Below are positions 44,182 through 55,067 of a DNA stretch of 58,640 bases, in pieces. A program made the translations under genes and the position numbers. The DNA comes from an uncultured Candidatus Saccharibacteria bacterium (lineage in GTDB: Bacteria > Patescibacteriota > Minisyncoccia > Phycocordibacterales > UBA9973). Where the stretch lies: positions 1 through 58,640 of the forward strand of contig CAYREQ010000002.1 in assembly GCA_964423445.1 (NCBI GenBank), read 5' to 3'. The notes below the pieces were generated by a model that worked only from the letters and a program-made list of their open reading frames with translations, searched no databases and was not told where the DNA came from. How positions within the stretch are numbered: the stretch's first letter is position 1; each line of letters begins with the position of its first letter.

Positions 44182-44352
44182 ATGTGTGATATGGATTATC
44201 CTTGGCCAGATATGACCAAGAAAGAAGTCGTGGTAGGGGTGGATGACACAGATTGTCCACCTAAAGAATTATCAAGTTCGGAGCCTGAAGAAAAAGACAA
44301 CAAACGAAAACCCGTCTCGGGTAAAAGAGAAAAACCGTACTTTGTGCGGTAA
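44182..44352 (+). CDS. small-ORF cassette 3 (56 aa, acidic then basic)
   Basis: TAGGAG lies 8 nt upstream. MCDMDYPWPDMTKKEVVVGVDDTDCPPKELSSSEPEEKDNKRKPVSGKREKPYFVR. A strong terminator follows. Below the track cutoff. Confidence 0.45.
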   Translation: MCDMDYPWPDMTKKEVVVGVDDTDCPPKELSSSEPEEKDNKRKPVSGKREKPYFVR

Positions 44353-44360
44353 ATCAAATT

Positions 44361-44394
44361 TGGGCTAGTGCTATGCACATGGCCCATTTTTTTT
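44361..44394 (+). terminator. intrinsic terminator after cassette 3
   Basis: TGGGC...GCCCA stem with an inner GTGC/GCAC pairing, followed by T8. Confidence 0.7.
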
Positions 44395-44453
44395 ACAAAT
44401 TTAGCCATAAAACCTATAAAATACAAGGTAAAATTGACTAGCTTATGCTATAA

Positions 44454-46547
<2,094 letters not shown>

Positions 46548-46580
46548 AAAACTTCTGAATTTAATTTTAAAATAGAGTTG

Positions 46581-47105
46581 TTACTTTATTTGCAAAAGGT
46601 CACAAATTCTTTTCGTGGTCATGAGTACTGTTTCATTTGAGGTGTCTAGTACAGACCATCTTTTCTCTTTGTTTAATCTTTCTGTAAACATGTCATGTAA
46701 GTCTAACGCTCTTTTGCCAAGCTGGAATTCTTTACTTCGTAATCCATCTCTATGTTTTAACGTATTCTTTGAGGGTAATAATAAAACAATTTTTACTTCA
46801 GCACCTTTTAATTCTTTTAAGTATAAATCTAATCTTGATTTTTTTATCACTACATCTTCAATAATAACTGTATATTTTGATTTTAGGAAATTTTTTGCCA
46901 ATACGGATGTATTTTTTGTAGCAAGTAGTAATTCTGCCTCACCACCTTTTTCCCATGGTTTTATATGACTCATTTTTACCATATCTCTGAGCTTATCGGT
47001 TTCTATGACTACACTTCGTTTAAACTTTTTAGCTAGTTCTTTGCAGATAGTAGACTTTCCCGCACCGGCAGGACCCAAGATTAAGATGACAGAATTTTTA
47101 GACAT
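46581..47105 (-). CDS. P-loop kinase-like ATPase (AAA_33-like)
   Basis: 174 aa with Walker A 'GPAGAGKST'. Lies 2 nt downstream of thrS on the same strand. Confidence 0.75.
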   Translation of the reverse strand: MSKNSVILILGPAGAGKSTICKELAKKFKRSVVIETDKLRDMVKMSHIKPWEKGGEAELLLATKNTSVLAKNFLKSKYTVIIEDVVIKKSRLDLYLKELKGAEVKIVLLLPSKNTLKHRDGLRSKEFQLGKRALDLHDMFTERLNKEKRWSVLDTSNETVLMTTKRICDLLQIK

Positions 47106-47107
47106 TA

Positions 47108-48862
47108 TTATCTTTTATTCTTAATTTCTTCAAGAAGTTTTTTGAGTAAATCTTCTTTAGATATTTGGCCTAAGTTTCCTGCGTCACGAGATTCTAGAGT
47201 GATAACTCCAGCTTCTATTTCTTTATCACCGATTACTATCCAATAAGGCATTTTATTGTTTTTCGCATCACGCACCTTTCCACCTAGATTTTCATCTTTA
47301 TCGTCTAGTTCTACACGAATATTATTTTCGCGAAGCATTTCATAAATTTCTTTTGCATATTCAGTATGATTTGTACGTACAGGGATAATCTTTACTTGTG
47401 TAGGTGATAGCCAGAGAGGGAAGTTTCCTCCAAAATGTTCTATCAAGAATCCTATAAATCTTTCGTGTGTTCCAAGCGGTGCACGATGAATTATAAATGG
47501 TGTTTTTCTAGAGCCGTCTTTGTCTGTGTATTCCAATCCAAATCTTTTACCCATGTACAAATCTAATTGATTTGTAGAAGCAGTAAATGATCTACCAATA
47601 GAAGAATATATTTGAAAATCCATTTTTGGTCCATAGAAAGCTGCACCCTCGTGAACTACTTTAAAAGGCACACCAGATTGCTCCATTGCTTTCATTGTCA
47701 TTTCTTCTGCCATTTTCCACTGTGATTCTTCTCCATGGTATTTGTCTAGTTTCTTTGGGTCTCGCAAGGAAAGCTCCATCTCGTACTTTTCAATACCTAA
47801 AATTTTATAGTAATACTCGTGAAGCTTTATTACATCCACGAATTCTTTTATTGCTTGTTCTGGGGTCACGTATATATGAGCATCGTTCATTTGCATGCCA
47901 CGAACTCTCATCAAACCAAAAAGACTTCCAGAATCTTCGTATCGATGACACCAGCCATATTCTGCTAAGCGAAGAGGAAGTTCTTTGTATGTTCTTGGAA
48001 GCGCAGAAAAAACTTTATGATGAAAAGGACAGTTCATAGGTTTTATATAATAGTTTTCATCCTCTATAGAAATAGGGGCATACATACTTTCTTTGTATAA
48101 AGGTAAGTGACCAGAAGTATAAAATAGATTTTCCTTCGTTATTATTGGGGTGGTTACTCTTTGATAGTTCCATTTTTTTTCAGTTTCTTTTGCCCAGTTC
48201 TCTAGTTCTTCTTTTATTATATTTCCTTTTGGTAGCCAAATTGGTAGTCCTTTTCCTATTTCTTCGTCAAAAGTGAAAAGTTCCAATTTTTTCCCGAGCT
48301 CACGATGATCTCTCTTTTCAGCTTCTGCTCTTTGCTCTAGGTGCGCATCTAGCTCTACTTTTGTTTTAAATGCGAGTCCATATATGCGAGTAAGCATTTT
48401 ATTTTTCTCATCTCCGCGCCAATATGCTCCGGCCACACGGTCGAGCTTGAATGCTAGAGGATCTATTTCATTTACAGGATGCTCTAGGTGTCCACCGCGA
48501 CACAAATCTGTAAATCCACCACAAGTATAAGTAGTAATTTTTTCTCCACGGTCTGTTATTTCATTTATCAGTTCTTGTTTGTATTCATTTTTGAAAAAAG
48601 CCAAGGCTTCATCTTTACTGATTTCTTTATGAGTAAATTCTGTCCATTTTGGTAAGAGTTTTCTCATCTTATCTTCGATTTTTTGTAGGTCAGTGTCGGC
48701 TACTTTTTCTTCACCAAAATCTATATCATAGTAGAATCCATTTTCTATAGCTGGACCAAGAGTTAGCTTCACTTTATCAAATTTATATATTTCGCCTACA
48801 GCTGCAGCTAGTAAGTGGGCGAGGGTATGTCTCAAATGCTCTATATTCTCTTCTTTTTCCAT
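47108..48862 (-). CDS. thrS: threonine-tRNA ligase (no TGS domain)
   Basis: 584 aa. Starts at the editing-domain 'HTLAHLL' motif. Class II core 'RVRGMQMNDAH' and 'HRAPLGTHERF'. Confidence 0.96.
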   Translation of the reverse strand: MEKEENIEHLRHTLAHLLAAAVGEIYKFDKVKLTLGPAIENGFYYDIDFGEEKVADTDLQKIEDKMRKLLPKWTEFTHKEISKDEALAFFKNEYKQELINEITDRGEKITTYTCGGFTDLCRGGHLEHPVNEIDPLAFKLDRVAGAYWRGDEKNKMLTRIYGLAFKTKVELDAHLEQRAEAEKRDHRELGKKLELFTFDEEIGKGLPIWLPKGNIIKEELENWAKETEKKWNYQRVTTPIITKENLFYTSGHLPLYKESMYAPISIEDENYYIKPMNCPFHHKVFSALPRTYKELPLRLAEYGWCHRYEDSGSLFGLMRVRGMQMNDAHIYVTPEQAIKEFVDVIKLHEYYYKILGIEKYEMELSLRDPKKLDKYHGEESQWKMAEEMTMKAMEQSGVPFKVVHEGAAFYGPKMDFQIYSSIGRSFTASTNQLDLYMGKRFGLEYTDKDGSRKTPFIIHRAPLGTHERFIGFLIEHFGGNFPLWLSPTQVKIIPVRTNHTEYAKEIYEMLRENNIRVELDDKDENLGGKVRDAKNNKMPYWIVIGDKEIEAGVITLESRDAGNLGQISKEDLLKKLLEEIKNKR

Positions 48863-48935
48863 AATTTCTATAGTAGCACATTGTTTTACGTTTGAAAATT
48901 GCTTTTTACTAATAATATGTTAATGTATATACATT

Positions 48936-49166
48936 ATGGTTATACGAATGAGGCATACAAAATCGCATACTAAGAACAGGCGTTCTCACCACGCCCTTAC
49001 AAGTACGAGCTTTGCTAAATGTACAAATTGTAAGGCTTTAAAGAGACGTCACACAGTTTGTTCTGGTTGTGGTTTTTATAGAGGTAAAAAAGTTCTAAAC
49101 TTAGTTGCAAAGCTAGAAAAAAAGCAAAAGAAGGCTAAAGCAAAAGCTGCGGAAGTAAATAAATAG
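48936..49166 (+). CDS. rpmF: 50S ribosomal protein L32
   Basis: 76 aa with 'RHTKSHTKNRRSHHAL' and Zn ribbon 'CTNC...CSGC'. An alternative ATG exists at 48948. Confidence 0.88.
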   Translation: MVIRMRHTKSHTKNRRSHHALTSTSFAKCTNCKALKRRHTVCSGCGFYRGKKVLNLVAKLEKKQKKAKAKAAEVNK

Positions 49167-49230
49167 CATTAGGTCCTGAGCCTTAGGCTCTAATTTTAAA
49201 GCCCTAGCCTCAAGTCCTAAAGTCAAAAAA

Positions 49231-50166
49231 ATGGCAAATAGGCACCTTTCAAGATCAATAGTACTCCAGACTCTTTTTGAGTGGGATTTTCTTCCTGCAG
49301 AAAAAAAGAATGATAGTTCTATAAATGAATATATAAAAGAAGCTTCAAAGAGAAATTTGAAAGAATTTGCTCCTGGTTTAGAGGATGACAATTTTGTACT
49401 TTCTCTCGTAAATGAAATACTAAAAAACCATAAGGTCATAGACGAAATAATAGAAAAAGCTGCACCAGATTGGCCTATAGATAAAATCTCAATAGTAGAT
49501 AGAAATATATTAAGACTTGGTCTATACGAGCTTCTTTTTGGTGACCGAGCGCAAGTACCACCAAAGGTTGCTATCAATGAAGCAATTGAACTCGCAAAGA
49601 CTTTTGGTGGAGAAAATTCTAGTAAATTCGTAAACGGAGTGTTGGGGGCAGTGTATAAAGAAATAGGTGAGCCAGGAAAGGAGCAGAAGAGTAAAATAAA
49701 TAAAAATAAAAAGAATGACGAACCTGTAGATATCTCAAAGTTACAAATAGAAAATCTTGGTGGTGCTTTAGTTTACACTAAAAAAGTAGATGAAATATTG
49801 TTTGCTTTTGTACATGACGTTTTTGGTTACTGGACTTTATCAAAAGGAAAAATCACTGAAGGGGAAACACTGGAAGAAGGTACAAAGAGAGCTATAAAAA
49901 AAGAAATAAACTTAGACATAGAAATAGAAGAAAAGTTAGGAGAAAATGAATATGTAGCTTCACATCCCACCACAGGAAAGAGCTTGAAAAAGGTGACTTA
50001 TTTCCTAGGGAAGAGTGAATATAAAGAATTGGAATTGGAGCAATCTGGTGGGCTCGATGGAGCTCGCTGGTTTCCATTATCTCAAATTGCCGAGCTTCGT
50101 ATTTATAGCGACATGATACCTATAATAGAGAAAGCAATAAAAATCATTACAAATACTAAATCTTAA
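49231..50166 (+). CDS. nusB: NusB antitermination factor fused to a Nudix-fold domain
   Basis: 311 aa. The N-terminal ~145 aa are NusB-like ('[13 protein letters not shown]', '[26 protein letters not shown]'). The C-terminus has a Nudix-like box '[23 protein letters not shown]'. Confidence 0.85.
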   Translation: MANRHLSRSIVLQTLFEWDFLPAEKKNDSSINEYIKEASKRNLKEFAPGLEDDNFVLSLVNEILKNHKVIDEIIEKAAPDWPIDKISIVDRNILRLGLYELLFGDRAQVPPKVAINEAIELAKTFGGENSSKFVNGVLGAVYKEIGEPGKEQKSKINKNKKNDEPVDISKLQIENLGGALVYTKKVDEILFAFVHDVFGYWTLSKGKITEGETLEEGTKRAIKKEINLDIEIEEKLGENEYVASHPTTGKSLKKVTYFLGKSEYKELELEQSGGLDGARWFPLSQIAELRIYSDMIPIIEKAIKIITNTKS

Positions 50167-50170
50167 AAAC

Positions 50171-50866
50171 ATGATAAATTTTGGAGAGTTTGAAGAAAAA
50201 ACAAAAATATTTTTTAAAGACAAAAACTTACTAAAGCAAGCTTTTATTCACCGTTCATATATAAATGAAAATAATAATACAGGACTATCACACAATGAAC
50301 GATTGGAATTTTTAGGTGATGCAGTGCTCGAGCTCATCGTCACAGATTTTCTTTATAAAAAATATCCAAATTATGCAGAAGGAGAATTGACTTCAATTCG
50401 TTCAGCTCTAGTAAACGCAATAATAATTTCTGATGTTGCTTTGAAGGCAGGGATGAATGATTTCCTTTTACTCTCTCGCGGAGAAGCTAAAGACCACGGT
50501 AAAGCAAGACAATATATTTTGGCAAATACATACGAGGCATATATTGGTGCACTTTACTTAGACCAAGGGTATGATGTAGTAGATAAATTTTTGCACGAAA
50601 ACTTACTTCCAAAAACTGATGAAATAGTAAAAAAGAAACTTTGGCGAGACGCAAAAAGCTTGGTACAAGAGAAGGCTCAGGAATTTGTGCAAGTCACTCC
50701 ACAATATAAAGTCTTAAGTGAGTCTGGTCCAGACCATGACAAGCATTTTACCGTCGGTATTTTCTTTGGACCAAATCAAATAGCTGAAGGTAAAGGAAAA
50801 TCTAAACAAGAAGCCGAAGTAAAAGCAGCTGAAGGAGCTTTAAAAGTAAAAAACTGGCTAGACTAA
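50171..50866 (+). CDS. rnc: ribonuclease III
   Basis: 231 aa with 'NERLEFLGDAVLELIV' and a C-terminal dsRBD. Confidence 0.94.
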   Translation: MINFGEFEEKTKIFFKDKNLLKQAFIHRSYINENNNTGLSHNERLEFLGDAVLELIVTDFLYKKYPNYAEGELTSIRSALVNAIIISDVALKAGMNDFLLLSRGEAKDHGKARQYILANTYEAYIGALYLDQGYDVVDKFLHENLLPKTDEIVKKKLWRDAKSLVQEKAQEFVQVTPQYKVLSESGPDHDKHFTVGIFFGPNQIAEGKGKSKQEAEVKAAEGALKVKNWLD

Positions 50867-50901
50867 AGACATAGGTATATTAAATGGTATAATATCTACT
50901 T

Positions 50902-53142
50902 ATGCGACTAAAAACTTTAGAAATAAATGGATTTAAATCTTTCGCTCACAAGAGCGTTTTAGAATTTAGTAGTCCTATTATTTGTATTGTTGGACCAAAT
51001 GGTTCTGGAAAATCTAACGTAGTAGAATCTTTCCGTTATGTATTAGGAGAGCAGTCTATGAAGTCCATGCGTGGAAAGTCTGGCTCTGACATGATATTTA
51101 AAGGTTCAAAGAGTTTAGCTAAAGGTACACGGGCTACAGTCACCGTATATTTTGATAACTCTGATAAAGTTTTTAAATTTACAAATGATGTAGGTGATAG
51201 TGTAGATTTGAATTTTGACACTGTCAGTATCTCTAGGCAGGTTTTTCCAGACGGACTCAATAAATATATTTTAAATAATTCAGATGTAAGACTAAAAGAC
51301 ATACACCAGCTTTTATCATCAGTAAATATTGGTTCAAGTGGTCACCACATAATTTCTCAGGGTGAAGCAGATAGAATTTTGAATGCAAACCCAAAAGAGA
51401 GGAGAGAGATGGTAGAGGATGCACTTGGACTCAAAGTATATCAATACAGAATAAAAGAATCTGAGAGAAAATTAGAGCGTACAAATGAAAACATGAAGGA
51501 GGTGACTATGCTTCGCCGTGAAAATGCTCCACACTTAAACTTTCTAAAGAAACAAGTAGAAAAATTTGAAAAAGCTAAAGAGATGCAAGTCGATTTGGCT
51601 ACTCTGTATAGAGAATATTTAAAACGAGAAGATATATACATAGAACAAGAAAAGTTAAAATTAAAAGAAGAAAAGAATAAAATCTCTATAGAGTTAGAAA
51701 ATGTTACTGGTAAGATTTCTACTACAGAAGAAGAAAATTCTACACAAGGCAGTAAAAAAATTGAAGAACTTCGCAGTGCTGAGAAAAAAGTAAATGAAGT
51801 TCGCAGTATAAAAAGTGAGATGGAGCGCAAGCTCGGTCGCATAGAGGGAATGATAGAGATGGATGAACACAGGAAAAGAGAAGCTCCCGAGGCTGTGGTC
51901 ATGTCTGAGGTGGAGGTAAAAAGTATATTAAATGAAGTAAATAGCTCTATAGATGAAGCAATCTCCAAGCAAGATATGGCTGAGATTCGACCTATATTAG
52001 AGCGAATAAAAATAATTTTAAATAGATTTAATAAGAACAAAGAAGTAAAAGATACTTTTTCCGAGAATTTAGATCTTAAAAAGAATAAACAAGAAATCTT
52101 GATAGAATTGGAAAAGATAGAAGATGAAGAAAGAAAAATGATAGATTTTGTATCTGGTCTTCGAAAAGAAATAGATAAAGAGATGGAGGCTCTACGAGAT
52201 TTGGAAAGAGAGAAATTTACTTGGAAAGTGCGCCACCAAGAGCTTTCTTCTGCTCTCGAGCTTGTTCACATCAAAGAGGCTAGCCTTAGAAATAGGTTAG
52301 AGAATTTTGAAAATGAAATTAAAGAGGGTGTGGCTCTTATTGGTCAAGAGATATTGGCATATAGAAATTTTGAAATACAAAGTGAGACTGAGCAAAATTC
52401 ACAAGAAGATTTGAAAAAGAAAATTGAGCGTATAAAAATAAAATTAGAAGACGCAGGTCTCGGCAACGGTGCTGAAATAATGAGAGAATACACTGAAGTG
52501 AGTGAACGAGATAATTTCCTTTCTAAAGAGATGGAAGACCTAGCAAAGAGTATAGAATCCCTACAGCAACTCATCGTAGATTTGAAAGAAAAAATAGATA
52601 TAGAATTTAAAGAAGGAGTAAAGAAAATAAATATAGAATTCCAGGAATTTTTCTCACTTATGTTTGGTGGGGGAACAGGTGCATTATCTATAGTCACACC
52701 TAAGTTGCGAAAAAAGCGTGATGAAGACATAGATGATGAAGACGAAGAAGAGGGATTTACAGAAGAAGATAATGAAGAAAAAATACAACAAGGTATAGAG
52801 ATAAATGTTTCTTTACCACATAAAAAAGTAAAAGAACTTCAAGCACTTTCAGGAGGAGAGAGATCTCTCACTTCTATCGCTATATTGTTTGCTATGTCAC
52901 AAGTAAACCCACCACCATTTTTGGTATTAGATGAGACAGATGCTGCACTCGACGAAGCAAATTCTAGAAAATATGGAGATATGCTAGAAAAACTCTCAAA
53001 GCATTCACAGCTCGTAGTCGTCACTCACAACAGAGAGACCATGTCTCGTGCAGGAGTATTATATGGGGTGACAGTAGGAGCAGATGGAGCATCAAAACTC
53101 CTCTCAGTAAAATTTGAGGAAGCTACTCAAATTGCTAAATAA
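50902..53142 (+). CDS. smc: SMC-family chromosome-partition ATPase, short form
   Basis: 746 aa. N-terminal head has 'INGFKSFA' and 'GPNGSGKSN'. C-terminal head has 'LSGGERSLTSIAILFA' and 'LVLDETDAALD'. About 440 aa of coiled coil lies between them. Confidence 0.85.
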   Translation: MRLKTLEINGFKSFAHKSVLEFSSPIICIVGPNGSGKSNVVESFRYVLGEQSMKSMRGKSGSDMIFKGSKSLAKGTRATVTVYFDNSDKVFKFTNDVGDSVDLNFDTVSISRQVFPDGLNKYILNNSDVRLKDIHQLLSSVNIGSSGHHIISQGEADRILNANPKERREMVEDALGLKVYQYRIKESERKLERTNENMKEVTMLRRENAPHLNFLKKQVEKFEKAKEMQVDLATLYREYLKREDIYIEQEKLKLKEEKNKISIELENVTGKISTTEEENSTQGSKKIEELRSAEKKVNEVRSIKSEMERKLGRIEGMIEMDEHRKREAPEAVVMSEVEVKSILNEVNSSIDEAISKQDMAEIRPILERIKIILNRFNKNKEVKDTFSENLDLKKNKQEILIELEKIEDEERKMIDFVSGLRKEIDKEMEALRDLEREKFTWKVRHQELSSALELVHIKEASLRNRLENFENEIKEGVALIGQEILAYRNFEIQSETEQNSQEDLKKKIERIKIKLEDAGLGNGAEIMREYTEVSERDNFLSKEMEDLAKSIESLQQLIVDLKEKIDIEFKEGVKKINIEFQEFFSLMFGGGTGALSIVTPKLRKKRDEDIDDEDEEEGFTEEDNEEKIQQGIEINVSLPHKKVKELQALSGGERSLTSIAILFAMSQVNPPPFLVLDETDAALDEANSRKYGDMLEKLSKHSQLVVVTHNRETMSRAGVLYGVTVGADGASKLLSVKFEEATQIAK

Positions 53143-53144
53143 AA

Positions 53145-55067
53145 CTAAGTTTTAGGAGTTTCTACAGGTTTTATTACCTGAAATTTTACTTTTTCTTCTT
53201 TACCTTTTATTACAGTTTCTGGTTTAAATGCCTTACTTAGTTTTACTGTATCTTTTCGTACACTCATACTGCCGTCTCTATTTAATTTTACATATAAGAG
53301 CATACCTTGCATTGTATTTGTGCTGAACGCTTGGTCAAAAATAAGGTTGCCGAGAGAGTAAGCGATATAACTATTTTTATAAACTTCAGTATCTTGTACT
53401 ACGTGTGGATGAGCACCAATTACTAGCTTGGCTCCATTGTCTACAGCTCGGTGAGCCAAAGATTCTTGTCTTGCGTTGTGTTTAGTTTTATATTCTTCGC
53501 CAAAATGGAAAGACACTATAAGATAGTCTACTTGCTTTGAAGCATTGTTTATTATTTCTTCAAAACGTGGGTTACTTGCGAGCAACAATCCAGCTTTATC
53601 AGGTTCTGCTTTCATATCGTTTGGTCCGACATCAGAGAATGCGATAAATCCAATTTTCATTCCATATTTTTCAATTATTGCAGGCATTTCAGCTTCAGCG
53701 CTATTGTTTCCTCCGCCAGCATAAAGTATTTCATTTTCTTTTAATCGAGAAAGTGTATCTATGTATGCGAGGCGTCCCCAGTCTCCGACGTGATTATTGG
53801 CTACAGATAATACATTAAATCCAGCTCCCTTTAAAGCTGGCACTACAGCAGGGTCCATTCTAAAAGAATATAGATTTTTCTTATCTACTCCTTGGTCTGA
53901 AGCTGTTCCTTCTAAGTTTGCAAAAGATATATCAGTTTTTTTGAAAGTATCTAATTTTTCAAAAAGTGAAGAATAGTCATTGTTGAAATTCTTTATTACA
54001 GAATTTCTCACTCCACGATCTAGCATTATATCTCCACCAAAAGCCAAAGTGACAAAATCAGGGTCTTTAATTTCAGGAGTTGCCATAATTCTTTCTCCGA
54101 CCCAGTTTGTATTTGCATCTGCTGGTCCACCATAATAAATATTTTTCTTTAAATATTTTAAAATATTTTCTACGTCTTTATATCTATCAGCACTGCCGAG
54201 TAGGGTAATAGCGATAGGGCGAAGACCAGTTTTCCCTAGTGGTAAATCAAACATTGATACCACGGTCTGCCTAGCTTGGCTGGTATAACCAGATTTCCCA
54301 CCAAGATAATTTTCCTTACTTAAAAATTGTGAAATATTTGACCAGCTATGTTTTTTATTACTAAAGCTTCTTTTGGTTGTAATTGAAAGCAAATCTTGTT
54401 TTTGATTTCTCAAATAACCTACCAATCTAAACATATCTGATGCGGTAGATTTATTATTTGCAGATAATCCACTCGGGTCTTCAAAAGAAGTAGAAGACAT
54501 TTTTAGACTCTGTGCCTCTGTATTCATTTTTGAAATAAAAGTACTTCGTCCAAAGTGCTCTGCCAATACTTCAGCTGCATCATTACTAGACTCTAGCAAA
54601 AGAGGGTAGATTAATTCTGTAGTTTTTATTTTTTCACCAACTTTTAAATTACCATTTGTGCCTTGAGTAGTGAGAGCTTTCTTGCTGACTTGGGCTATAT
54701 CATTTGTGTTTGAAATTTCTTTTGCTACGAGTGCTGTCATGAGCTTTGACATTGAAGCAATAGGTAATTTTTCATCTGGTTTTTTTGATAAGATTACCTC
54801 ACCTGTATTTAAATCTCCTACTATATATGAAAGAGCAGATATTTTTGGCGGAGCTGAGGTTTTGTTTATATAAAAATATTTTCTATCTATAGTAGCTCCA
54901 TCTTCAGCATTGTATTGCACTACAGATGCCATGTTGCCCATGGGTAAGACATCTCCCTTTTTAAAGAATATAAAAAATGAGTACACAGATATTATGCCAA
55001 ATGAGATACATAATATTATCCCTAAGATAAGCTTTGTTTTTGGTGTTGTATTTAAAAAGTTAATCAT
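53145..55067 (-). CDS. S11 DD-carboxypeptidase (PBP5-like) fused to CapA/PGA_cap metallophosphatase-like domain
   Basis: 640 aa with an N-terminal TM. Penicillin-binding motifs 'ASMSKLM' (SxxK), 'SSND' and 'KSGYT'. C-terminal half has 'AFGGDIMLDRG', 'FANLEG', 'SVANNHVGDWG' and 'GAHPHVVQ'. Confidence 0.85.
   Translation of the reverse strand: MINFLNTTPKTKLILGIILCISFGIISVYSFFIFFKKGDVLPMGNMASVVQYNAEDGATIDRKYFYINKTSAPPKISALSYIVGDLNTGEVILSKKPDEKLPIASMSKLMTALVAKEISNTNDIAQVSKKALTTQGTNGNLKVGEKIKTTELIYPLLLESSNDAAEVLAEHFGRSTFISKMNTEAQSLKMSSTSFEDPSGLSANNKSTASDMFRLVGYLRNQKQDLLSITTKRSFSNKKHSWSNISQFLSKENYLGGKSGYTSQARQTVVSMFDLPLGKTGLRPIAITLLGSADRYKDVENILKYLKKNIYYGGPADANTNWVGERIMATPEIKDPDFVTLAFGGDIMLDRGVRNSVIKNFNNDYSSLFEKLDTFKKTDISFANLEGTASDQGVDKKNLYSFRMDPAVVPALKGAGFNVLSVANNHVGDWGRLAYIDTLSRLKENEILYAGGGNNSAEAEMPAIIEKYGMKIGFIAFSDVGPNDMKAEPDKAGLLLASNPRFEEIINNASKQVDYLIVSFHFGEEYKTKHNARQESLAHRAVDNGAKLVIGAHPHVVQDTEVYKNSYIAYSLGNLIFDQAFSTNTMQGMLLYVKLNRDGSMSVRKDTVKLSKAFKPETVIKGKEEKVKFQVIKPVETPKT

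Noticed and set aside
44196-44426. The 76-aa minus-strand ORF in the third cassette.
   Set aside because: The plus strand has TAGGAG-N8-ATG and a T8-tailed terminator oriented for plus-strand transcription, and its product resembles that of cassette 1. The minus ORF has no comparable signals.
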